A stretch of DNA of 64,000 nt from Phoronis australis (lineage: Eukaryota > Animalia > Phoronida), in assembly GCA_002633005.1 (NCBI GenBank), contig NMRA01000014.1, forward strand, positions 920,955 to 984,954, in the 5' to 3' direction. The position numbers were made by a program, and so were the translations under genes. The first letter of the stretch is position 1. Each line of letters opens with the position of its first letter. This document shows, in pieces, positions 12,801-25,100 of this stretch. Below the pieces are notes generated by a model, which saw only the letters and a program-made list of their open reading frames with translations, was not told the DNA's origin and did not search any database.

Positions 12801-14740
12801 CTTCTCAGTCTCGTGTCGCCATATCTGAATGCCGAAGTGTGTTAAATTCGAAACAACAGTGTCTTGCATTTGTCATTTATGGTGCTGGCAAAGCCACTAG
12901 AGGGGGAGGCAACCCGTTCACTGGAAAAACAAACTCTCCCCTTGGTTAAAGCTTATTTCAATTTCCATTCCACCTGTCTACTCAAAAGTGTTCCCAGATT
13001 GCCACCCATTTCAACTGAAACCCCCTAAAAGTGTAGTGCTTTGCGCATGCGGGCTCATGCCTTTGATGCCCACCAAGAAGTCGCACAGAAACTGAACTAA
13101 TGGGCAGAAGGACTACCGAGCTTGGGGAACATTGGTTTCGGGGCAACAAAGGCGAGGGAACACGGTGGAACTTCGAGATGGGTATCATTAGGTTGCGATA
13201 ACATACAGAGTTTCAGCGGAGATTTGGGGACGAGCTTCTTTTCATGAACCCACAAATATGTATGTGGGTGGATATTGACGTCATCTGTGTCCGACATTCG
13301 GCGCCGGTCACTGTATTTCCTAAACGGCTTAAAGAATCAGCATGCGCGGTTGAGATAAATAAAGTGATTTACTCGAACCAGCCTTCAGTCTATCATCCTA
13401 CCGAATGCTATTAGCACCGGTCTATGACGACCTGCGCCCACTCATCCACGAGGGAAACGTGACACCACTCTTCGGAGACCCCAGAGCTGTGCCAGTCCAC
13501 TTCCTGGTTCCTCGCGTGTTGGTCGTTTAGCGATACTTCACTTTGTTTTCTTACGTTTATTTCACAATTTTGTCTCTTGTTTTTTATTGTACGTATTGTT
13601 ATTGATTTTTCTATTTTGATTTGTTTATTTTTGTACAGGGAATCTTCTTGTTAGCGGTCGAAAACCTTTAGGAGACCTTCCAAATTAACTTGCAATTCAT
13701 CAAGTTTTGTATTGTGTCGTACTGTAAATAAAAATGTTTCTCTCTCTCCCCCTCCTCCACCCGCCCCCTCTCTGTCTCCGGCTTCCTAAGTATTTCAATT
13801 TATTCGAAAATGAGGAAAACCCGTCAAAAGAAAAATATATACTATATGTAGTAATGCACATGATGACGTTACACGGAAATAACGAATTTCGTATGGATGA
13901 GCATGCTAGAACCATATCGTTTGCTGAATATTCGTAGGCGCATTACAGCACTGCGTTACTCAATCAGTTTCTCATCAGAAAATATATTTTCCTTTCATAC
14001 AAAGTCAAATCAACATTGCAATAAACCCCAACACTCTATTTTCATGTGGAGGAATATTAAACGGTTCTAACGCTTACCTGGAACACACACATAATAAAAG
14101 CTAAGATAGAGCATTTTATCACTGTCGCCCTGTTGTTTCTCAAACCACAAGTCGTCATCCTCAGTCAGCGAATACCTGCATTTATCAACATAGCGGCAGT
14201 TGGACAAGATATTGTTGACTTCCAAAACTGCTTCTCTCTGTATCTCTACACCTTCTTTCGTTCTATACACGTTCACGTTGGGGTCTGTAGTTGAAGGACA
14301 ACATCTCTCTGGACAGTTGCTGCGTGTAAGGTTCCAGTCACTAAGAATGGTTATGACACGTGGGACACCATTGCTTGGGGCGCACTCTAGTGTTAAAGTT
14401 CCACCCGTGCATAAAGTCGCGTGTCTGCCTTCTAGAAACATATCAGAAAAAGTTTATTCCCAATTGCCTACAATCTGGAAGCATGGTTCACGCTGAATAG
14501 TAACACATTCTTAAAGATTTACACAAAGAAGCGTGTCACAATTGAATCACAAACAGGATGCATTGACCTTAATTCCGTCTTGTAAAAAGCCTACGAAGAC
14601 AATATGTATATATATATATAAAACGTACGAAGTAGATACGCATGAACTTGAGACCCAAAACCACACCTACTTACCTAAATTACCATAGTATTTTGTTCCT
14701 TGTATGCCCACCAAACCCCCTACGACTAAAACAAAAGACA
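6515..14740 (-). CDS. Gene A (spliced): type I membrane protein with signal peptide, SUEL-like lectin, kringle, TM and short tail; ~350 aa; start codon exon not found
   Basis: Exons 14675-14740, 14078-14431, 9851-10159 and 6515-6831 join in frame via AG/GT sites, all phase 1. Paralogous to genes B and C. Confidence 0.8.
7575..7690. repeat. Short tandem repeat (~31-bp unit, AACATGCCYACGTGACATGG), also at ~9478-9540
   Basis: Three to four units seen here and two units at 9480-9540. Confidence 0.7.
8295..8421. other. Assembly gap (N run) in a gene A intron
   Basis: Run of Ns. Confidence 0.99.
9851..10159 (-). CDS. Gene A kringle domain exon
   Basis: ECY..AYTG..S.EG.TCERW...NFCRNPG...YCFV...WCDLPNRC, a six-Cys kringle pattern. 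Boundaries ttcacag|CC and AAAG|gtaaac; 309 bp. Confidence 0.9.
10668..13678. repeat. Tandem segmental duplication in a gene A intron (copy 1 ~10668-12450, copy 2 ~12503-13678, which lacks ~10815-11408)
   Basis: Long, highly similar blocks (e.g. TGCTAGTTGTCTGTTAAACCCTGAAGC...AAAACCTTTAGGAGACCT) occur twice. A single N at 12451 lies at the junction. Confidence 0.85.
14078..14431 (-). CDS. Gene A divergent SUEL (rhamnose/galactose-binding lectin)-like domain exon
   Basis: LC....L.L.C....R.I.I....C...CC......C....C.Y......YL..YYVC follows the SUEL Cys spacing. Boundaries tttctag|AA and CCAG|gtaagc; 354 bp. Confidence 0.75.
14675..14740 (-). CDS. Gene A signal-peptide exon (xSFVLVVGGLVGIQG-TKYYGNL)
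   Basis: gtttcag|TG to TTAG|gtaagt, 66 bp, phase 1-1, with a hydrophobic core and a cleavage-like site. Confidence 0.75.
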
Positions 14741-16719
14741 CTGAAACGAGATAACAATGAAAGAATATTTCAGTAAAATGCTGTTTTGGCGTGCTATAAT
14801 TAAGACGGAGAACAGAATGTAGTGATTCATCGTAAGGTGGCCCCCTCATTCGTAACTGGAAAAGTATCCCAGTTCTCCAATGAGTAAAGTGGCAGAACGT
14901 GAATACGAGTTTACACAACGAAACCCTAACATAAGAGAATTCCTAAAATTTCTTTAAAATTTTTTGAGACATTGCCACAGTGTTATTTAAAACCAATCAT
15001 ATAAAGTTTTAATAGCCTTTAGGGTTTATACCTATGTAGAGGTAAGGCCGGTATAATCCGCAAATGCGTGGACGCGTAGAGACCAATCACTGGCGTCCGC
15101 GACCGACCTCGGTAAGTTGGCCTACCGAACTTTGAAGGCTACGGTGCGTTCCCAGTTTCTATAAATCCGTAACAATGAAATGAAACAACTCTTTTGTTTA
15201 AAAACTCAATGGATTTGTTAGGGTTCTGCATCGAATTTTGATGATTTATTGGTGTAAAGCGATGAAGTCAAGCGATGAGATGACACAAGTAATCGTGTTG
15301 TGAACAGACTGTGTTGGAACCTATGACGTCATAGATTAATTTCAGCACCTCCGGCTGCCGTCTGGTGTCAGGTAAAAGAACTGAACTGAGTGGAACTACT
15401 CGATCTTGATGCAAAAAACGTTGTTTTTGGTGGCATTCTCCTTTGATATATATTGTAGACGATTTCATTAATAAGAGAAAAATGCAAATGGCGAAGTAAA
15501 ATCCAGTGAGTAACGCATATTTGAGTGAATATATCCCTTTGAAGGGGAGGATTTCAGATCAGTTATATTCGCTGTAACATTTCTTTTTGCAATTGGAATT
15601 TAGACGTGTTCGGGTCAAACTTTGCTGTGCAGTGCGAGTGTAATATGTATGACACTAGATCCTACACTTTCAACGACCATACTTCAACCCTTTTGGTCTA
15701 AGGGTTGGTTTACAGACTACAATCTATTTCTAGAAACATTTGCTTTAATTAGGATGCAAGAAGTGTTTACACAATGTCAATGGAGTGATTAAGCCGATTA
15801 TTAGTTGCCTCCAATCTATCTAAAGACTTTTAGTGATCCTGTAGACCTACAAAGGCCTTAATAACAAAAGAATTTCGAAGCATCAAATATCTATCATCCA
15901 TATGCTCAGTGCTGCATAATTTGAATGAACAAAGACCAAAAAGCTGTTGCTAATTATACTTACGCAACCAAAGTTCAAAGGCAACCATTCGTCAAAGTTA
16001 GTTGTTTCCGTTTTCTTAGTAAGTTCCCTTGTTTACAGTTTTTGAATTTAGTTTATGACCGAAATGGTTGCCGTCTTTTGTTTGCCCTGAACGTCATGAC
16101 GGCATGCTTCACGTTCATTGAACACAGTGCAACATTTGCGCTCGAAAATTACGCTGGCATGACGAAGGATGTTCATTCGATACAAAGTTCGACCATTTCC
16201 GTGTGACGTATTGTGTACATTACTACATATTGTAGTATCAACTTTTGAAACCGTATTTTGGAATAAATTGCTGAGCTCGGCGCTTAGCTTAACGCAGCCA
16301 ACTCGCCCTGGTCGCTAAATGAAATCGCCGAAACTGACGTCGGACGTCATCGACCTAAAAGTCATGCTGTTGACAACATTATTCACATATTGCACATTCT
16401 TCTTCGATTTCAAGTCGTCTTTCGAACGTATGCACCATTCAATCTCTGACTCAATTCTTCCTGTCAACAGAGAAGGCAGACGATCGGATACAAGGGAGGC
16501 GCGTATTTCATGGTCCGATCTCGCCCGATTTTAGCCGAACTATTCCTACCTCCGTCTCTTTACTTCCTGTTTACAGCGGGATCCGAGAGTTTTTTTGGGC
16601 GTGAAAAGGTAGCCAATTTTCTTTGGTGCCACAGTACTCTTTGGATATCCTCATGCTTGGAAATGGCAGTCTGACAGGTTTGCTCTGGTGGGTGTGGTCA
16701 GGGGACCCTAGAGAACAAC

Positions 16720-17050
16720 GCTAAAAATTGAGCTAGATCAACTTTTCTGGTAACCACTTAAAACTGCCTTCGATACCTACTATTACATTATCCACTGTAT
16801 CAAAACTGGTCACTGCCAGACAATTTCAGGGGAGTATCATACAGATGGTTATAAACAGGGTAAAAAATTGAGCTAGCTCAACCCGGCCAAGAGGTAACCT
16901 CATAAAACCAGTTGCAAAATATTCACCGTAAGCCCAGGTATCACGAATAAACACTGCCAGACAAAACTACTGGTGGGTTAGCCCCGCCACACATACCCAA
17001 ATACCTGAGTTGAGCTAGATCAACTTACCAGGTCATCGTTTGAAACCAAT
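16720..17050 (+). repeat. Degenerate ~140-bp tandem repeat (AAATTGAGCTAGATCAAC core); related units at ~29340-29500
   Basis: Core motif at ~16726, ~16865 and ~17011; similar AAAAATGAGCTA cores at ~29343 and ~29485. Confidence 0.55.
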
Positions 17051-18519
17051 TGCATGATGTTCAGCATCATTCCACATGGCACAACAGTAAGATGCTAAAC
17101 GATTTCAGTGGTGGGGTGCACTAAAGAGTCGAAAAGAAATTCATTATATAATCCCATTTAAGCTGAATAAGCACCAAATCAGAGGAATCAGGCACTTCGA
17201 TTTTCAATAAAGCCAGTGACTCCGTACGACGTAGGTCAATAGACAAGGTGAGAGATTGTTGTCCGCAAATTTACGTCAGAGCATGAAAACCAGAAACATC
17301 ACGGCTGAGGCGGAACCGACCTCACAAGTCTATGCGACAACAACGGAATACTCCAATTCACTACTAAAAGCAACAAACCTAAAAACCCGACCATGACGAA
17401 TGGCACATTGTGTTTGCACGAATCTCGATTTTTCGTTGTCTTTTTTACCAGTCTAAACTAAGGCCTCGGTTTTCGGACGAATTTTACCCAAATCCACTTC
17501 CTCATTTGATGCAACTGCTAGAACGAGGAATAATCGAAATTCCGTCTTTTGCTGTCGTGTGCGTTATGTATGCGCGCCACCTACCTTCATTTATGGCGTG
17601 CAAGTGCATAGCCGCAAAGAGCCATACGACCTGGGCGATGAAAGCTGGTAACAACGGTGGTTTCGGGAGATTCTTGACAATTATCAGTAAGTAGTTCTAC
17701 ATTATAATAGTCCAAATGTGATGACTGCCAATTAGTAGCGTGATTCACATGGGTGGATTACAATTAGTCATGAGTCCCGACACGGACTATCAATTGACCA
17801 TTGGACAGGCTATTTTCTTGGTAAATCTATATTCACATGTGCCCTTTGACATGTACAGTGAAGATAAGTGGAATTCTTAATCAAAACACGTGTTAATTTA
17901 GGGGAGGAGCCTTACGCAGTACACACGACCAAAATGGCACAGGTATGCACGTTTGTTTTTCCTTCGGAAATTGTCGCCCCCTCGCGACATTCTAGACGCG
18001 CCTGTGTCGCCATTATATATTCAGATAAGTGCGTGCGTACATTAGACTCACGCATGGCGAAATGTTTGGTTTTTGTTTACGATTTAGATGGGATGCCTGT
18101 GGTCTAGTTAATTCAAAATTAATTATACATTGTCAGCATCATGTTAATGGGGTATTGGTCTGTACATAGGTGAAATACAACCGAGGTCAGTGCTCAATTG
18201 TCAGAAATAACTACTCCCCTTTTTGTTCATTTGAATAGCTGGTCAATAAATGCCTGCTTTATATAATCTAAATAATTTGCCAGAGAAAGAGATGAAAATT
18301 TCATGTTTGAGCATTTTTAACCTTTTTGACAGCATTACGCGTGATTCCAGCTTTTTATGAATATCTCGTAATAAACACCACCTTAAATAATGGATCCACA
18401 TGACGATACTAATGAACAGGATTCCGTACTGAAAGACTTGCCTCAAGAATCAAGCAGAATACTCACTTTTAGTTTTTACTATTTAATGAAAATACTGTTT
18501 GTTTTGACCGTGGTTTTTT

Positions 18520-19210
18520 GGTTCCGTATCGATGTTCCTCAGACTCTGTATTACCCCGTCTCTATATTCCGCAACCGATATTTCTTCGGCCCTATGTTCC
18601 CACGTCCCGATGGTCTCTTGACACAAAATATATTCTTCCCCAACCCAATGTTCCCTCGTCCAGATGTTCCCCCGGCCCTATATTTCCCTGCCCTGATGCT
18701 CCCTCGCCCACACCCATTTTCTATACATCTTTGTGTTGATTATCTAATCTATAGATCGTGCGATTGAAAAGCGCCGGAATCCTGGCCAATCCAAAGCATT
18801 ACCAAGATGTGATTTTAATTACAAAAACTGGGTTGGCCTGTCATTTATCAGTTGCTTTACTTGATTTTCTGTAAGCATCAATCATTAACCGAATAATTAT
18901 AATCTTAAGCGCCCCACCTGTAAGACGCAAGCGCAGACAAGTGGCACACACAACGTGTTTTTCTCAGAAAGTTGGGTGTTTTTTCGTTATCGTTTCGGCG
19001 CAAATGCTCCTGAGGCCTGCCGGAATATCACCCTTTAAACGTAGAAAATAAATTAACGAGTAGGGGGATGCATAGGGACGAAGGAATAGGGCCGGTGAAT
19101 ATAGGGCCAAGGTAACGTCGGGACGGGGGAACATGGGGACGGGAGAACATCGGAACTGGGGAACATCCTGACGGTGGAATACTGGTTGGGGAATATAGAG
19201 CCGACCGCGT
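18520..19210. mobile_element. Foldback/MITE with arms built of ~15-bp CCCGATGTTCCC-like tandem units
   Basis: The arm at ~18520-18710 is inverted relative to ~19065-19205 (CTCTATATTCC.CAACC / GGTTGGGGAATATAGAG). Confidence 0.7.
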
Positions 19211-19787
19211 TTCGTTATTTAGGGCAAAATGACACTGACAGATATAATGAAAATCAAACAACTTAAACCAAATGGACGTTTTTCATTTCAGGTTCTTGAA
19301 AGCAAAGGTTCTGTATGCTGCTTCATCAGTGCCAAACATCAACCGGCGAGCACAGCAGGCTGAAAATTTTCAACGAAAACACACACTTGGTCAACACTGA
19401 AGAACGTCACCACGTGCGTAAAAATGTTAAAAATACTCCCTTGTTATGCAAAGAATAGCTGAAGCTAGTGCAATGGAATTATACCTCCGCTGTCATCCAT
19501 CCTGTCACAATAAGTACTGAACACTGCTGTTAATCGGCAAAGAGATGGACCGTCAGCTGACAACACAACTCCAAGTAAAATGGCCTGTATCATTATTCCC
19601 AACTAGGTGACCAAATTCTATACCAAGGAAACAAACTCCAGACCCGCACCAATGGTTCCGGGAGAAAAATCTAGTTCCTGGTTATGGATGAATTTTCTGT
19701 GCGTGTGTGGACTTTAGGTTGCGGGTGTGGAACTTGTGCCGCTGGTTTGTAGATTCTCGGCCCTGGACAGGGTTTTAGGTATCGTAC

Positions 19788-20023
19788 ATAGGCGGATTTA
19801 GGGTGGGGGGCAGGGAGCCCCCCTCCCCCCCCTTGGCTGCCGCAAGCAAACTAAACCAGCAAAACAGAGTGAAGCGGGAGGAAATACTGAGTTCAGAGGA
19901 GCTAGGAGCGGTAGCGGATTAGGGGGAAAAACACGTTCTCGTTTTTTTAGTCCAACGATAGATTTGCTGAGCAGAAGGTATACATCCTCGACCCCCCCTC
20001 GTGGTATCCTAGATCCGCCACTG
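19788..20023. mobile_element. MITE of the GGCGGAT...ATCCGCC(A/C)CTG family
   Basis: Termini AGGCGGATTTAGGG and CCTAGATCCGCCACTG; many relatives in the window. Confidence 0.75.
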
Positions 20024-20870
20024 TCGTAATGGAATTTAGAGGCGCTGCCATGGAATCGTTTCCACCCCCTGTGAGAAAACATTATCTGATTATTCAACCA
20101 GGGAAACCGGATTAATCCATCTGCTGCTCTCACTGGGGACACTCGGGAACTATTTAGATATGAACCCACCAGTGATTACAATTCTAAAAATATTCGTTGT
20201 TCTAGCGAAGGCTTTTTACGAGCTCCTAGGACCGTAGGATAATATTCCGCAGACATGAATATCTTCAAACTCTGGAATTCGTACTATTAGGAGACTCGTA
20301 CGAACCAATTTTTCCTAACAATCTTCGTGACCCAAGGAGGCGACTCGCCTTAGGAAAGTTGCTAATCTTGTTAAGTGTTCCATTGTTCCTACTGATTTGA
20401 AAGCCGATGACAGATCCCTGGGAGATATGTTGACACTATCGTTCACGCCCAGGTTGAATTTATGCATTTGCACTTATGTATGAAACTTGTTTGTGATTTG
20501 AAGTGCTTGATAGGCCTACATGTTTACGAATTCAATGTTGACTTCAACCTCCATGGTGTATAACCAATAGAGAAGGTAGTACGACTTGCACAAAATCAGA
20601 GTTAAGATGTGCTTCCAATGTTTAAGATGAGAGTTTAAATATGTTGCTTTTGTTATAAATTTGTATTGAAACTTAATTATTCTGAAATTTCAAGATTTAA
20701 ATCCCTACAGGTCAATCTAGAAAAACGGAATCTACCAGGGTTATACATATATTTAAATGTATTGAATATACTGTGAAATGGTTTTTAAATCGGTAAATTC
20801 TGAGGCAGGCGTCTTATTTCAACACTATTGTGGGCCACTAGGCTCTATTGTAAGTGTCACGTGTCCCTTA

Positions 20871-22168
20871 TCACACTTCTTCTACAGCGGGCAGTCGTTC
20901 ATCAGACGTGCAAGGGGATATCGACGTGTCGTATCCAGACCCAGACGTATAATACTCGCTCTTCTTTCTAACAGACATTTTACTGTCCCTTTCTACCTCC
21001 TTCATTTCCTTTCTAGCTTTATCATTCTCTTCATCCAATTCACAGTTTCTTAACATTTCATCCAATAATTCTTGCTGTCGGTCCCCTGTTGCAGGAGCAG
21101 AAATATCTGGAGATAGTTTCAGACATTCTGCGCATGTTCCAACAGTCCACAAGTACAAACTTGCTACTGCGCTACACTCGTCTTCTAACGGTTTCTGAGC
21201 CACGTGTTCTAGTATATCGAGGGCGCGAGTTGCCAGGTCAGAGTGAAGGTACTTAAACTTAAATTTGCGCACACGCTTTAGGATCCCTGCTGTTATGATC
21301 TTCTGGCACATTTCCCAGTCGTACTCGGTTTTGTCTTCGTGCTCGCCGAGAATGAGTAAAGCTGCAACCACGGCATCGTGAACTTGGTGAGACGGCTCTT
21401 CAAAGTCAGCAATCTTATTAATTTCCTCGCGGTTGATTGCCAATAAAGTCATCTTCAATTTGTCAACATGTAGCAAACTTTCCTGTGTCTTCTTCGCAGT
21501 CTCAAGCTCTTCTTTCAACCAAGTAGCAGCCCCAGATTTTTCAACATTCGTAATAATCTTGTTAAGTCGCCTGGCACTTTTGGTTTCGATTGCTTTAAGC
21601 AAAGCTGACTTTCTGTTAAGATTCACCAAGTTAAACTCTGATTCATCTATAAGATCCTTATTGCGCTGCACTCCAAGACATGACTTGTGTTTGTCAACAA
21701 ATTCGTTATAATTGCTGAGGGCGTGCTTAATTTCAGTCTCGTCCAAGTTAGTGTTGGCGTTGACCAGGTTCATCTTGAGTAGATCCAAGTCATGGTTTAG
21801 CTGCTCCGTCGTCTCATCCTTTACATCAACTATAGCCTTTGCTCTGATAAGAAGCTCGTCATCTGGAACTGCTGTGCTTCGCTTACAAGATTCTTCGTAA
21901 GCATTCAAAGCAAACTTCACTGACGTTTTGTCGGGACATGCTGACGTCTCCGCTGCATTGACAGTTTTCTTTAGAACCTCATATTTATAGTTGAGAGCTT
22001 CTAAGTTGGGTTTTCCATCGTCTGTTGTATCAATGGGAATGACGACTAGCTGTTTGGTCTTGGTTTTGTGATACCATATTAACAGTATAATACAAATTAA
22101 GAGAACAGCTGCCCCCACACCTATCCACACCCCATACTTCTTCAGGAATCGTATGACCTCTGGTTCAT
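20871..22168 (-). CDS. Gene B terminal exon: TM (YGVWIGVGAAVLLICIILLIWY) plus ~400-aa cytoplasmic tail with a dynein stalk-head-like domain
   Basis: 436-aa ORF with acceptor tttttccag|AT. Clear paralogy to 43928-45240 (e.g. EPSHQVHD..VA.LL.LGE....EYDW). Confidence 0.92.
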
Positions 22169-25100
22169 CTGGAAAAAGCATAAAGGTTTAATATCCAAAG
22201 GTTTTCGTCATCCATTTGACGTATAAATTTTGTTTTTGACTTAACAACAGTTATATGAAGCAAACGTTTTTGTATTACTATACATCACATTTTCAAGTTC
22301 ATACTCGGTTACAATAAAAAAACTTTCCCAGTAACCGTAAATTCCAAAGTCAGAAACCTGAATTCACACGGTGTCACCGCTACTGTACACGTATCGCCCC
22401 TTCGAGATCGGCTTCTGTGTTATGTGAGGCTTCGCGTCTACACAAAATCCAGGGCCGGCTTTAATCTTGTTACCCGAAATCAAACTGTAAATCGCATTTC
22501 ACATTTTCTATTCCTTTTTTCTGAACTGAAGATGGGTATCTATTATTTCGTGCTCGAGTGCAAAACGACTTACGCCCAATCCTAGTTTGCACTTAATGAC
22601 CTTGGCATTAAGGCTTAAAGTTCGAAAATACGAAATTTTGAATTTTTATTCAAAATCTCGAGGTTTCACAAGAGTCTGTAGTTAGAATATAGGGGTCAAA
22701 AGAACGAAATTTTCTCGAGTTCGCACAAAAGTAGTAACAAAAGTGTCGAAAATAACTTCATGTTCACTTAGAGTACAAATATTAGACCCCGGCACCATGG
22801 GTCTGTGTCATGAAAGCGACTTAAGACTTAAGACAAAAATTTGGTCTTACGCCTCCACTTCAAAATTGTTGAAAAAAGGTTTAGCCAAGCAACCACAAGT
22901 GTATCAAACTATTGAAATAATTTATAGAAAATATACGTGTATATTCCCATAGACTTTGCAATAATTTATCCCAAGTGAGATTTAACTATTTTTGAAAAAA
23001 TAGTGGAGTCGTGGATCGTAAGACCAGAATTCGGACTCAAAATCGCACTTTTTGATATTTTCCAATCTATTTTTGTCCAAATTCAGGATGACTGTTCTGT
23101 CATTTTTCCCGAGTACACTATATACAGTTTATATTGATGATTGCCTAATGCCAGTCTGCACTTAAGGACCGCAGTCTGACCTTGAAATTGCAGGTCATCA
23201 AGTGCGAGCCTGCATAAATCATAGCACATCCGAGGTCAGAATAACAGACGCTTATCTAAAATAAGTAGAGCGTAAAAAATCAGTAATAATTTTGAGTGCG
23301 AATTTGAATACAAATATTAGACCCCGGGTCACGGAGAACTGATTTTGTCTACAACAATGCCAGTGTCATGGAACTGATTGCAGTGGTCAGTTTCCAATGC
23401 TATATGCCATACGCTCTGCACGGATAAAACGTGTGTACGTACATCAGAGTTTTTTTAAAGTTTTGTTTCGTTTGCCTTAACTAGGGCATTTCTGGTTTTC
23501 GACGAGTGCATTATCAATTGCACAACTTTAATACGAGTGGGGAGCTTAACAAAAATGTTTAACTTGTTTGTTTGAAAGGGTGTGATGTTTGTTAGCAAAA
23601 TAATTTGTCATTGGCGACGTTTAAACGTAAAACGAAACATGTAAACTCTTTGATGAATAAATGTAGGTTATCCACATACGTAAGAATTCTACTGGTACAT
23701 GTACCAGCCAGAGCGAAGGTCGAGTTGGGACATTTCTGTTGAAATGAAAAGGAAACAGGATATCGCAGTTGTATTCCTTTGTATGTGAGATTTTCTATTT
23801 ATTCCACATATACGATGTCGTGTTGTCATGTGCTTTGGTTTACTTGTTATATGTAGTAGTATTATTATAGTTCAGTCGTACGATCAACACGGAGGAAATA
23901 TTTTTATTGTTGTTTCCATTCCAGAAGCCAAGAAACGAAAATAGTTTTAAAAAACTCAGAAATTCACCGGAGCTCTAAAACGACACAGTGCTGCACGTTC
24001 ATGCTTCAATTTTTATATTCCCGGGTGGATTGTTTTTAATTTTTCAGCGAACTTTTAATATTGTTGAGCGGGTCATTGTTTTAACTTTTACTTTCCAGAA
24101 ACAGAAAATTCTTACACATTCATTATGAAATAAAACATTACGAGTTTCGTCACAGAAAACATTGTGACTTAACGGGCAGGGATACACTTGGCATTTAATA
24201 AATAAATGTGACGTCACATAACTACAAACTAAAGCACATGGAAAAATGACATCGCCGTGATGTAAATAAGTCCATATATATATGGGATTATAGGTTACCT
24301 TACATACATAGGAATACTATTGCCATATCCTGTCTCGAATTCATTTCATTCTCAGATGACATTGCAAGGCCCGGCCAAACACTTTGGTGGGCCGTTGAGG
24401 GGAAAGTGTCGCCGTAAAATTACGCTCGTAATTACCAGCGTAAATTAAATTGCAGGAGTGTCGCCGTACAATTACGCTCGTAAATTAAATGGTGAAAAGT
24501 TTCGTCGTAAAATTACGCTCGTAATTACGAGCGTAAGTTAAATTGCAAAAGTGTTGCGGTAAAATTACGCCCGTAAATTAAATGGGGTAAATGTCGCCGT
24601 AAATTACGCTCGTAAAATACCTTAAGAACGTTCCAAATTTGAACCAATCAGTGATGACCTACTGAACATACACGACTGTTGCTGGGCAGCTCGTTCTTGC
24701 ACAATCGCTGACATTGCAGCAACGATTTGATCCGCCATGATTCAGAGTTCGTATCGTAGACATGAAACCCGCCAATAAATAAGTATTTCCATGAGCGTAC
24801 GCGATCTTTGTAAAATCCAACGTCATTGGCTAAGAGTTTAACTAAATTACGAGCGTAATTTTACGCCGTAAAGAATTAAATTACGCTCGTAATTTTACGG
24901 CGTAATTAACGGCGTAAATAACGGCGTAATGTACACAATTACGCTCGTATTTTTCCGGCGACACTTTCCCCTCAACGGCCCATCATAAAACCCAGCATAG
25001 GGCAAGGCAAGTATGATGATTGAGGAGAGCTTGGCAGACCGGATGCCGACTGGGGGGTGGACAAGGTCCAGAACATTTATTACTTAATCTATATAGCTGG

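Noticed and set aside
11194-12949. Paralogous-looking ORFs (204 aa and 107 aa, YASCLLNPEAKRL...)
   Set aside because: The similarity comes from the DNA duplication. Frames diverge through indels and no domain is recognisable.
19484-19500. Candidate ATG exon for gene A (MDDSG|gtataa); similar candidate for gene C at ~56424-56451
   Set aside because: Phase-compatible, but very short with mediocre donors, so not distinguishable from chance without transcript data.
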